Source: Trichodesmium erythraeum IMS101 (GTDB lineage: Bacteria; Cyanobacteriota; Cyanobacteriia; Cyanobacteriales; Microcoleaceae). From it: DNA of 32,000 nt. Both the position numbers and the translations under genes were made by a program. Below, piece after piece: positions 9,633 through 19,445 of this stretch; position 1 is the stretch's first letter; each line of letters starts with the position of its first letter. The stretch lies in assembly GCF_000014265.1 (NCBI RefSeq), contig NC_008312.1, forward strand, positions 30,001-62,000. Direction: 5' to 3'. The notes under the pieces were generated by a model, which was not told the origin of the DNA, did not search any database, and saw only the letters and a list, made by a program, of their open reading frames with translations.

Positions 9633-9767
9633 AAACGTTGATGACTTTCCACTGAGGAGGGAGGGATGGAAATATTTTAGTGGGTAAAATCCAGTATATT
9701 TATGGGTGCTTCACAACATGAAAATATTTCTGGTGTTACTCCTCGAGAAAATTCTTTAATGTTCAAT

Positions 9768-9966
9768 GATAAATTACTGATAAGTTGAGAGGAAAGAGAT
9801 TGTTGGGATAAATTATGTAGTTTTCTCGGAAAAACAGTTCCTGAAATTCCTTTGCCTCATCTGATGAAAAGTCAAACTAATTAATCAAGGAAATATTTTT
9901 AATAAAATGACTACAGGAAATTTAATCATACAAGGAAATAAACTGAAACGTGAGGGAAAGTTAGAT
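9768..9966. repeat. Right copy of the ~200 bp junction duplication
   Basis: 9768-9883 is a decayed copy of the last ~40 codons of the 7019-8158 gene (DKLLIS*EERDCWDKLCSFLGKTVPEIPLPHLMKSQTN*). It is followed by the authentic start of the 9907 gene. Confidence 0.8.
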
Positions 9967-11900
9967 GAAGCGATCGCTCTCTATACACAAGCTATAAATT
10001 TAAAGCCAGACTTTGCTTTTACTTATTATGAATTAGGGGATGCTCTGGAAAAACAAGGTAATTTTGCTCAAGCCATTATTGAATATGAAAAAGCTATTGA
10101 ACTGAATCCTAATATAGATTTTTTTCATCAGAGTCTGGAAACAATTAAAAGTAGGAAACTTGAGCAAAATATTGATTTGACTTCCAATCAAATTAACTCA
10201 GATTTTTTGGTTGTGGGAATTTCCATGATTAAAAACGAGGAAGACGTTTTAGAAACTTTTATTCGTCATAATTTGAACTATCTTGACTTTTTAGTATTAG
10301 CCGATAATGGTTCTACAGATAATAGTAGAAAAATCATTAACAAACTTATTCAAGAAGGTTTCAACCTTTGTGTAATTGATGACTATAAAATGGCTCATAA
10401 TCAAAATAATAAAATGACAAATTTCTACAGAAGAGTAGCTACATCATTATTTCCAGAATTTATTGTTCCAATGATGCAGATGAATTAATTCAGTCACCAT
10501 CAAAAGAATCATTTATTAATTCACTTTCAGTCATTCCTAAAAATGGGATAGGTATTTATCCTTGGAAAACCTATATTCCTGAACCTACTAATACAAGTCA
10601 TTTACTATCAAATTTTAAACACAGAAGAACAAAAGAAAATCCACAGTATTTTAAAATTATCCTCAAAACTAGCCGTAGTATTAATTATCAACTTAAAATC
10701 GATCAAGGTAGTCATGGAGTAACAAGCAAAAATGGCGATATACCCAGTGTTGAATTATCAGATATTTGTCTAGCTCACTTTCCTATCAGAAGTGTTAATC
10801 AACTTTTCAAAAAAATTTTACTAGGATGGTTAGGTGTGCTAGAAAGATTTAAAAGTAGAGATACTAAAGGAGAATGTTATCAATGGTATGACCTATATAT
10901 AAAAATTATGCGAGGAGAAAAGTTTTCTAACTCAGACCTAACATATATAGCTCTTAACTACGCACAAAAAGTTGAGGTAAAAGAAGATTGTTTAAACCAT
11001 GTTGAATTAGAACCTCCTACCATCAAATCATCGCAACTTTCTTATTCCGATTTAATAGCTAAAAATGATTACCGGACCAATGTCATTACAACTATTATTA
11101 AATCTTGGGAAAATCAAATTATAAAAATCCCTCCTTTAATTTCCAGAGAAGACTTAATTCCCTTCAGCGAATCACCTACTTCCCCATCAACAGATAATCA
11201 TCAACATGGCGTCTTTGAGCCAAATTTTCACTTAGAAAAATTATTTATTGATATTCCACCATTCGAGTATATTTATCAGAGATTTTTGCCAGAAAATATT
11301 CTTGATATTGGCTGTGGTGTAGGTCAATATCTGAAAATTTTCAATAAACGAGGAGTTACAGAAATTATCGGTGTAGATGGTTTTATCCCACAACAAAGTT
11401 TCTTAAATTAAAATCAATATATTTGCCATGATTTAACTCACCCATTAAATTTACAACGCAAATTTGATTTAGTTATGTGTTTAGAAGTAGCTGAACATTT
11501 ACCACCAGGCAAAGAACTTAACTTGATAGAAATATTAAATAATCATGCCTCCAATATTTTGATATTTTCAGCAGCAGAAATAGGTCAACCAGGAAACGGA
11601 CATATTAATTGTCAACCCTTTGAATATTGGGTTGACTTATTAAAACAAAACTGGTCGCCAATGTTAACTGAGACATTATTTTTCCGATGTATCTCTAGTT
11701 TTTCTTCGTTCAGGAGAAACCCTATCGTACTCCAGAAAAAAACAGAATTAACCTCAGAAAATAGTTCTTTAAAATCTTGGGATAAATTAATTGTCATATC
11801 TCAAATACCCTACAAATGGTACGGTCAAAAATCTCAAATTATTTCCGAGATTCTAGAAATAGATATACCTGATGATATATATTCTTATTCTACTAAATAG
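9907..11900 (+). pseudogene. TPR / family-2 glycosyltransferase / SAM-methyltransferase multidomain gene, disrupted by one frameshift and one in-frame stop
   Basis: ORFs 9907-10488, 10836-11411 (open back to ~10467 in frame 3) and 11475-11900 are collinear pieces. The frame 1 to 3 switch at ~10468-10472 falls just before the DxD-like motif (IVP-NDADELI). TAA at 11409-11411 splits a methyltransferase fold (ILDIGCGVGQYL ... FDLVMCLEVAEHLP) in the same frame. Confidence 0.75.
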
Positions 11901-14405
11901 CAACGGAAATACTAATTATCAATCATTTAAATATTGGGTTTTCTTGTGAAAACAAGACTATTTTCCAATGTTGACTGAGACATAATTTTTTCCATATATC
12001 TCTAGTTTTTTTTAGTATAAACCAGAGCATACTTCAGGAAAAAAAATAGCTTAACTTCAGAAAATAGTTATTTAAAATCTTCTAAAAAAAATTGATTTTT
12101 ATATCTCAAATACATCACAAAGAGCATACTTCAGAAAAAAATAGCTTAACTTCAGAAAATAGTTATTTAAAATCTTCTAAAGAAATTGATTTTTATATCT
12201 CAAATACATCACAAATTGTTTGCTCAACAATCTCAAACTATCTCCGATATTATAGAAAAATAAATGCCCGATAATGTATATCTTTCTTATACTTAATAGC
12301 AGCAGAAAGAAGTCAATCAAGAAATAGATATATTAATTGTCAATTCTTTGAATATTAGGATAAATTATTACAATCAGACTTGTTGCTCATATTAACTTAG
12401 AAATAATTTTTTCTATGTATCTCTAGTTTTTTTAGGTTGAGGAGAAACTAGAGCATAATTCAGCAAAAATCAGTCAACTTCAGAGAATATTTATTGAAAA
12501 TATTGAGAAAAATTTAATTTTTAGATCTCAAATTATCTCTGATGTTCTAGAAAAAGGAATACCTGATAATGTATATCTTTCTTATGTTTAAGAGCATCAG
12601 AAAGAGGTCAATTAGCAAATGGATATATTAATTTTAAATTCTGTGAATATTGGGTTAACTTACTACAATAAAACTAGTTTTCAATATTTAATTATAGATA
12701 ATTTTCCGATGTATCTCTAGTTTCTTTGTTCAGGATAAACCAGAGTATAATTCAGAAAAAAAACTAGTTAACTTCAGAAAAAAGTTATTTAAAATTTGTA
12801 AAAAAATTGATTTTTATATCTCAAATATCTCACAAATTATCTAGTGAAAAATATTAAATTATCTCTGATGTATTTTGTTTTTTATCAGTCCAGTAAAAAT
12901 CCTATTGTACTTCATAAAAAAAACTCGAGTTAACTTCATAAGATAGTTATTTAAAATCTTGGAAAAAATTGATTTTCATATCTCAAATACATCACAAATT
13001 GTTTGCTAAAAAATCTCAAATTATAGTCGTTTTAATCAAGATTGAGACAAAAATTGAGGATAAGAAAATCAAGTCAACTAGAAACTACTTTTAACTATGC
13101 CTTAGAGTTTAGACTTAAGACAAAAAGTAATAAATTTTGTAGAAAATAATGGTATGTTTACCGAAGCAGCTCATATATTTGGGATAGAAATAGCTTCGAT
13201 ATCTAGATAGTTATCTCGCCCAAAATTGGAAGCAACTAAGGCAAAATATTGCCTAATAAAATTAGATTTGAAAGAATTAAAAAAAGATATAAAACCCAAT
13301 AAATAATCGCTCCTTAGCAGACACAGATAAAAAAAATGGAGTTAATCCTAAAGCTATATTTTACGCTTTAAAAAGAATAAAATTTCCTTAAAAAAAACAA
13401 CTTCGTTATAGAAAAATAAATAGAGAAGAACGAATAAAATATTATCAGAAACTACGAAATTTCATCAAAAAATTTGGAAGTAAAAGCCTTGTATTTATTG
13501 ATTAATCAGGATTTTAAGATAATCAAGACTGTATTTATGCCTGGTTAAAAAAAGGGAAAAAAGTTGATGGTGAGCCAGAAGGAAAACGAGGAAAAAGAGA
13601 AAAGTTAGTAGCTGGGAGAAGAAAAAAGGAAAAAGATTTAATGGCACCAATTATATTTAAAGGAATCCTAAATGCCGTGAGATATGAACAATGGTTAAAT
13701 TAAGATTTATTACCATCATTAAAAATTTCCAGTGTACTAATTATGGATAATTAACCAATTCATAGAAAAAAGGTTATTAAACAATTAGTAGAAGCAAGGG
13801 TCATCAATTACTATTTTTGCCAAAATGCTCTCCTGATTTAAATGACTAAGAACATGATTTTAGTGCATTAAAAAGAGCTAGAATATATTCACCTATAAAC
13901 ACATCTCTCGATGAAATTATTCGTAATTATTGTGCCAAATAGCGTCTCATTCTTATTTCAAATGACTATATCTCCGATATTCTAGAAAAATAAATACTCA
14001 ATAATGCATATCTTTCTTATACTTAACAGCAGCAAAAAAAAGTCAATAAGGAAATGGATATATTAATTGTCAATTCTTTTAATATCGAGCTAACTTATTA
14101 CAACAAGACTGGTCACCCATGTTGAATTAGACATAATTTTCCCCATTTTTTTTTGAGTATAAACCATAGCATAATTCAGAAAAAAAGCAGTCAACTTCAG
14201 AAAATAATTATTGAAAATATTGAGAAAAAATTGATTTTTATATCTCAAATATTTTGCAAATAGTCTGGTAAAAAATCTCAAATTATCTCTGATGTATTTC
14301 GATTTTTTATCAGTTCAGGAAAAACCCTATTGTACTTTATCAAAAACTCAAGTCAACTTCAGAAAATAATTATTTAAAATATTAAGAAAAATTGATTCCT
14401 ATAAG
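11901..14405 (+). repeat. Degenerate head-to-tail copies (~300-330 bp each) of the last ~333 bp (11568-11900) of the preceding pseudogene
   Basis: Unit junctions lie at 11900/11901, 12299/12300 and 12594/12595. The landmark ATCTCTAG recurs at 11691, 11998, 12419 and 12713. An internal 97-bp duplication lies at 12024-12120 / 12121-12214. The array is interrupted by an IS at 13024-13968 and resumes at 13971 to ~14405. Confidence 0.8.
13024..13968 (+). mobile_element. Degenerate IS630-family element (element B, copy 1) inserted in the repeat array
   Basis: Termini TAGTCGTTTT...AAATGACTA are flanked by a TA/TA duplication (13022-13023, 13969-13970). The flanks rejoin to the repeat consensus CTCAAATTATCTCCGATATT. 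The transposase reading frame (MPYSLDLRQKVINFVENNG...YSPDLN...) has many stops. Confidence 0.8.
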
Positions 14406-14479
14406 GATAAGTTCAGATAACTATAATGAATCAGGAGATGTAAAAGTGACCATTAAATAATTTAAAAACTACACAGATA

Positions 14480-14800
14480 ATTATCCAGATTCGGTTCATG
14501 GAGACCCAATTTACAGAGTCGCGCGCGAAAATAGAAAATTTACTTCATCTGAGAGCTATTTTATGGGAGCTATCTGCCGGTTTGTTGAGCACCCAAAAAT
14601 ATTGATAAAAAACATATGAAACAAGCTAAATTAGATAAAAGATTACGTAATCATATTGAGGGTCAACTTGGGCAATACGAAAAAAATATTTAGTCTAGTC
14701 AAAGTAATAGCAAAACTTTCTGAAACTTCCACAATTATGTACGCAATTACTTTTTTACTAATCAACCTTTCTACCTTCTTGCAAGAAACTTTTTTTCTTT
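14480..14800 (+). pseudogene. C-terminal fragment of an IS5/IS1182-like (DDE_Tnp_1) transposase
   Basis: Across shifting frames: GDPIYR..RENRKF, then ...HIEGQLGQ..., then SLVKVIAKLSETSTIMYAITFLLINLSTFLQ. This resembles the conserved IS5-group C-terminus (IEGxFG...AKL..TSE....F.v.NL). No intact ORF remains. Confidence 0.4.
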
Positions 14801-15500
14801 TTTTACACTTTTTTTGTTTTGGTATTTTTTTTTAATTACTTAAAATTATATTTTCATTAAAGTCTAATAATCAATATTTATTATTTTTTTTGAATAAGAA
14901 ATAAAGCATTGTCTAATTTATTCAGCAAACCCTATTTAGCGCTAGCTGATTAATTCTAAAAGTATGACATATAAAGCCTTTAGGATTATTTGCTAAGCAA
15001 AAAGTACCAGCTTTTTAGTAGTTTAAGCTCATCCATGGATCGGATTTCGCACGAACCATTACAGAAAAATCAAAGGACAATTCTTGCTAATACCTCCTCG
15101 TGACCGTACCATTAATCCTAACTTGTGACTTACTATTCCCTACTTACCACTCCCTACTCTCTCCCTAAAAATTAAATCAGAAGGGTTAAAGATAAATTTT
15201 AAAAATCTACTTTTTATAACCTGTGGAGAAATTTCCCCATTCTTCTGTAGGGATGTTTTATGCAACGTCCCTAGCCACCTCTTCAGGGCGTTTTTATTCT
15301 CTATCTTACCCCTAATTAAGTGAGGAATCTAAAAATATTTTATAATAAGCGATCATGCTATTTTTTTCTCAAATGAGACATTGAGAGAGAAAAAAATATT
15401 AAACTGCCTTCAATTTTGGTAGTTATGCGATAGCTTTCTTTGAGAATAAAAATGCCCTGCCGACCCCCCTACTCCTTAAAAAGATCAAGAAGAACAAACC

Positions 15501-18125
15501 CTAGTTATTTTCGGCTTTTGACTTTGTGGATTTCCTACCACGAGCAGATTTTTTACTACTAGCCTTAGCATGCAAAAGCTCTAGAGCCTTTTCCCAAGTT
15601 ACATCCTCAACAGACATATCCTTAGGCAAAGAAGCATTAACCTTACCATGCTTCACATAAAGTCCATATCGACCATCATAAACACCTACTGTTTCTCCAT
15701 CTTCAGGATGTTTACCCAAATCTTTGAGGGGAAGTACAGCTTTAGCACTACCTCTCCTCGATCTTTTCGGTTGAGCTAATAACTCCAAAGCACGTTCCAA
15801 AGTAATAGTCAAAACATCATCCTTAACCTTTAAAGAACGATAGTCTTTACCATCCTCCTTTCCCTGGTCGTGAACGATATATGGGCCAAAACGTCCTAAA
15901 TTAGCTTGAATTTTGCAACCAGTTTCTGGATGAGTTCCCAAAGTACGAGGTAAAGATAATAACCCTACCGCTAGATCCAAAGTTACATCCTCCATATTGA
16001 CACCCTTTGGCAAAGAAGCTCGCTTTGGTTTCCTCTTACTACCCTCAGAATCATCACCCAACTGCACATAAGGACCGTAACGACCAGTCATTATATAGAT
16101 AGACTTATCTTCTTCTGGATGAATTCCCAACTCCTGCGGACCCTCTGTTTTTTGCTTCAACAGTTTCTCTATTTGTTCTGGGTCTAGGTCTGATGGAGTT
16201 AAATCTTCAGGAATAGAAGCTTTGACTATATTCTCACCATTTTCTGCCTCAATATAAGCACCAAACTTACCAATACATATACGATAAGTCATCTCTGAAT
16301 TAGCATCCAAATTATCTAACTCAATAGTTCGGGCCAACTTAGGGTCAATTTGATTTTCCTGTTCCTTGATTTGAGTATCAAGTCCACTTTCCCCAAAATA
16401 AAATTTTTTAAGGTAAGGTACCCACTGAGCTTCACCCATAGAAATGTCATCGAGGGTTTGTTCCATACGGGCAGTAAACTTGACATCTACAAACTCAGGA
16501 AAATGTTTTTCCAGTAAAGTTGTAACAGCAAAAGCAGTAAATGTTGGAACTAAAGCATTACTCTGGAGTTTGGCATAACCACGATCAACAATAGTACCAA
16601 TAACAGTAGCGTAGGTACTCGGACGGCCGATACCTTCACTTTCCAAAGTTTTTACCAAAGACGCTTCGGTAAACCTGGCAGGTGGCTGAGTTTCATGACC
16701 CACTACTTCTATTTCTGTGCAAGCAGGATGGTCTCCCTGTTTTATAGCAGGCAATGGTACTTCTTGGTTTTCCAAAGATACTTCGGGGTCATCAGACCCT
16801 TCAACATAAGCCCGGAGGAACCCAGGAAAGTCTATCCGTTTTCCATTAGAACGAAAACCAGCATCTTCTACTTGTAAATTAACTGTAATATGGGTTTGAC
16901 GAGAATCAGCCATTTGACAAGCTACTGTTCTTTTCCAAATTAAGTCATAGAGAGCAAATTCTTGATTTTTCAATCCTGTTTCCTGGGGAGTGCGAAAAGT
17001 TTTACCTGCAGGGCGAATAGCTTCGTGAGCTTCCTGAGCCCCCTTACTTTTAGTAGTGTATTGCCTAGGTTCAGAACTTAGATATTCCGGGCCATACATT
17101 TTCTCAACACAACTTCGGGCAGCAGCGATCGCCTCATCAGACAAATGTACTGAGTCTGTCCGCATATAAGTGATAAAGCCCTGTTCATATAAATTTTGGG
17201 CTGTCCGCATTGTTTGCCTAGCACCCATTCGTAGTTTGCGGTTAGCTTCCTGTTGTAAAGTAGAAGTAGTAAATGGTGGAGATGGTTTACGTCTAACAGC
17301 TCGTTCATCAAAACTATTAACAGTCCAAGGCTTATGTTGCAGTTGTTCTTTGAGAGCTTCTGCATGAGCTTCGTCCAATAAAATAACATTACGACCTTCA
17401 ACTATTTTGCCTGTATTTTCATCAAAGTCATTACCAGTAGCTATTTTTGTCCCCCCAAGGGTCACAAGTTTAGACTCAAATGGAGTTTTTTCTTGTTCTA
17501 AACTAGCCTTTAAATCCCAATAACCTCCTCGCTTAAAAGCCTGACGTTGGCGTTCTCGGTTAACCAAGAGTCGGACTGCTACTGACTGTACTCTACCTGC
17601 AGAAAGACCTCTGGCAATTTTTTTCCAAAGTACAGGTGAGAGAGTATAACCGTAGAGGCGGTCTAGAATACGACGAGTTTCTTGTGCCCTGACTAACTGC
17701 TCATCTATGTTACGACAATTATCAATTGCTCTACGGATAGCTTCTGGAGTAATTTCATGGAAGACCATCCGTTTAGTAGGAACTTTTGGTTTTAGTAGTT
17801 GCAATAAATGCCAACTTATACTTTCTCCTTCACGGTCTTCATCTGTGGCTAGAAGTAATTCATCAACTTCTTTCAGAGCATCTTTGAGTTCTTTGACAGT
17901 TTTCTTTTTGTCTTTGGGGACAACGTAGATTGGTTCAAAATCTGACTCTACATTTACCCCTAACTGTGCCCACTTTTCTCCTTTGAATTTTTCTGGTATT
18001 TCCTCGGCAGAAGGTGGTAGGTCACGCACATGACCCATAGATGCTTCCACGCGGTAGTCGGAGGGTAGATAGTTGCGAATGGTGCGGGCTTTAGTCGGAG
18101 ATTCTACAATAACAAGGGTTGACAT
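15501..18125 (-). CDS. topA: DNA topoisomerase I (type IA) with repeated C-terminal Toprim_C-type modules
   Basis: 874-aa ORF. TOPRIM start MSTLVIVESPTKARTI, DEDREGE, active-site region ITYMRTDS, and four G(R/K)(F/Y)G(P/A/L)Y(I/V) C-terminal repeats. Confidence 0.97.
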   Translation of the reverse strand: MSTLVIVESPTKARTIRNYLPSDYRVEASMGHVRDLPPSAEEIPEKFKGEKWAQLGVNVESDFEPIYVVPKDKKKTVKELKDALKEVDELLLATDEDREGESISWHLLQLLKPKVPTKRMVFHEITPEAIRRAIDNCRNIDEQLVRAQETRRILDRLYGYTLSPVLWKKIARGLSAGRVQSVAVRLLVNRERQRQAFKRGGYWDLKASLEQEKTPFESKLVTLGGTKIATGNDFDENTGKIVEGRNVILLDEAHAEALKEQLQHKPWTVNSFDERAVRRKPSPPFTTSTLQQEANRKLRMGARQTMRTAQNLYEQGFITYMRTDSVHLSDEAIAAARSCVEKMYGPEYLSSEPRQYTTKSKGAQEAHEAIRPAGKTFRTPQETGLKNQEFALYDLIWKRTVACQMADSRQTHITVNLQVEDAGFRSNGKRIDFPGFLRAYVEGSDDPEVSLENQEVPLPAIKQGDHPACTEIEVVGHETQPPARFTEASLVKTLESEGIGRPSTYATVIGTIVDRGYAKLQSNALVPTFTAFAVTTLLEKHFPEFVDVKFTARMEQTLDDISMGEAQWVPYLKKFYFGESGLDTQIKEQENQIDPKLARTIELDNLDANSEMTYRICIGKFGAYIEAENGENIVKASIPEDLTPSDLDPEQIEKLLKQKTEGPQELGIHPEEDKSIYIMTGRYGPYVQLGDDSEGSKRKPKRASLPKGVNMEDVTLDLAVGLLSLPRTLGTHPETGCKIQANLGRFGPYIVHDQGKEDGKDYRSLKVKDDVLTITLERALELLAQPKRSRRGSAKAVLPLKDLGKHPEDGETVGVYDGRYGLYVKHGKVNASLPKDMSVEDVTWEKALELLHAKASSKKSARGRKSTKSKAENN

Positions 18126-18917
18126 AAGACCTTATATTAGGTATTATAAGAGATTAATTTTTGTATGTTAGTATTAGATTGAATAGATAGTTATGTACCT
18201 GTCATAAATGTTTCGGGTGGTTGATTCTATAATTTTTGCTTTGATTTGGCTTTACAGCATAAAGCTTTTTTATTCCACCCAATCTTAATTTTTATTTCTG
18301 GCAAAACACGTATTTGATAAACATTAACTTTACAGCTATCCTTATTAATATCTGCTAGCATAATCAGTATTTAATGTCAATAGTATGGATATCTTGTTGC
18401 TCAAATTAAAATGAAAGCTTGCATAAAAGATTGCTGCTAGCTTCTCTCTGTATCAGTTTAAAATCCTAAAGTTTGGGGAATTATTGCTTGCTTAGAAGAC
18501 AAATATCCTTAATTCAATTATCGGACAAGAAGTGGATAAGCTAAAAAAATCATTAATACTTCTATAAACTATCAATAACTAAAGTGTATAGTATAATTAC
18601 TATCACGATAATGTCTTACTAAGAAGGCCTAAAGTAAATCTATAAAGGCCTAAGGTTAATACCTAAAGTTATTTAAGTGTTCTTAATTTATCTGTAGAGT
18701 TTATGTTATTGTAATAAATCTGTGTTATTCTTCTAGGAATTAAGTAATCGGCCCTATTTTGTAAAAAATTTGATTTGCCTGAAGTGAAGCTCCTAAAAAT
18801 TGATATGTCATCTAAATTATGAATAACAAAGTCCAATTAGAATATTATTTTTAACAATTTTTAACAACTACTTGAATTTACTAAAAGAAAATATTCAATA
18901 ACTCAGACGTTATAGTT

Positions 18918-19433
18918 ATGACTATCTCATTTGTAAGTACAACAAAAGCTGCTTTTTTACTGAATATATCTACAGGTAGATTAAGAACTCTACTAAATCA
19001 AGATCGTGTTCGAGGTGCTCGTAAAGCCAAAAGGCTTTGGCAAATTCCGCTTAACTATCGAGGAATGCCAGAAATTAAACCAGGTCGTCGTGGTCCTCAA
19101 GGAACTTGGAATAAATTTCAACGCCAAGCTAAGACTATCATCCATGTTCTGCGAAAGACTATAGACTATAACCGAGACAATGGAACCTCTTATCCAGCAG
19201 TAGCGGTGAAAGTAGGAAATAAAAAAGATTATTGCCACGCTTTAAAAATTGATGGTTCTTGCCAAATAATTTATCAGCCCCATCAACCCAATAAAAGTCA
19301 AGCCGGAGGTGCCCGTCTGTGGATTGAAGTGGAACCGGAAAATATAGTAGAACGAGTATACTTCAGTGATGGAGATTATGGTCCGCCACCAGAAGTTCTT
19401 CAGCAGCGAGCCAGAAGTAAAGAGAAAAAATAA
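18918..19433 (+). CDS. Hypothetical protein with N-terminal excisionase/MerR-like HTH
   Basis: 171-aa ORF with higher GC than its surroundings. N-terminus STTKAAFLLNISTGRLRTLLNQDRVRGARK is HTH-like. I recall similar conserved cyanobacterial proteins but cannot verify that here. Confidence 0.6.
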   Translation: MTISFVSTTKAAFLLNISTGRLRTLLNQDRVRGARKAKRLWQIPLNYRGMPEIKPGRRGPQGTWNKFQRQAKTIIHVLRKTIDYNRDNGTSYPAVAVKVGNKKDYCHALKIDGSCQIIYQPHQPNKSQAGGARLWIEVEPENIVERVYFSDGDYGPPPEVLQQRARSKEKK

Positions 19434-19445
19434 AACATGAAAGAT

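Larger units (their letters stand above)
8378..9767 (+). repeat. Tandem array of five ~285 bp units (8378-8656, 8657-8944, 8945-9217, 9218-9508, 9509-9767)
   Basis: Each unit starts AGTTGAATAAAAAGTCATGCGTATAGGC. Units are more than 90% identical by eye, and units 2 and 3 are nearly identical. Length differences come from small indels (poly-T 6/8/7/8/7, GAGG, 3-nt TAT/CAT, 15-nt AAGTGTGAAAAKTT). Confidence 0.95.

Noticed and set aside
11612-12274. ORFs 11612-11797 (-) and 12092-12274 (+)
   Set aside because: The first is antisense to the methyltransferase-domain frame. The second lies in decayed repeat units and is simply the remnant of the repeated gene tail.
14090-14281. ORF 14090-14281 (-)
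   Set aside because: It lies in a degenerate repeat unit, has an AT-rich low-complexity translation, and is not conserved in the sister units.
8378-14405. Possibility that either tandem array is a CRISPR array
   Set aside because: The units are 270-330 bp and contiguous, with no short conserved repeat / unique spacer alternation. No cas genes are in the window.
15040-15300. Search for tRNA/tmRNA/other structured RNA genes in the spacer downstream of topA and elsewhere
   Set aside because: No cloverleaf-compatible arms or GTTCGAATC-type T-loop boxes were seen. I could not recognise rRNA, RNase P, 6S or group II intron domain V signatures by eye. A covariance-model scan (Infernal/Rfam, tRNAscan-SE) would be needed to be sure.
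16695-17928. ORFs 16695-16877, 17078-17401, 17170-17367 and 17707-17928 overlapping topA
   Set aside because: All lie within or antisense to the strongly supported topA reading frame. They have odd composition and no recognisable motifs, which is typical of shadow ORFs.
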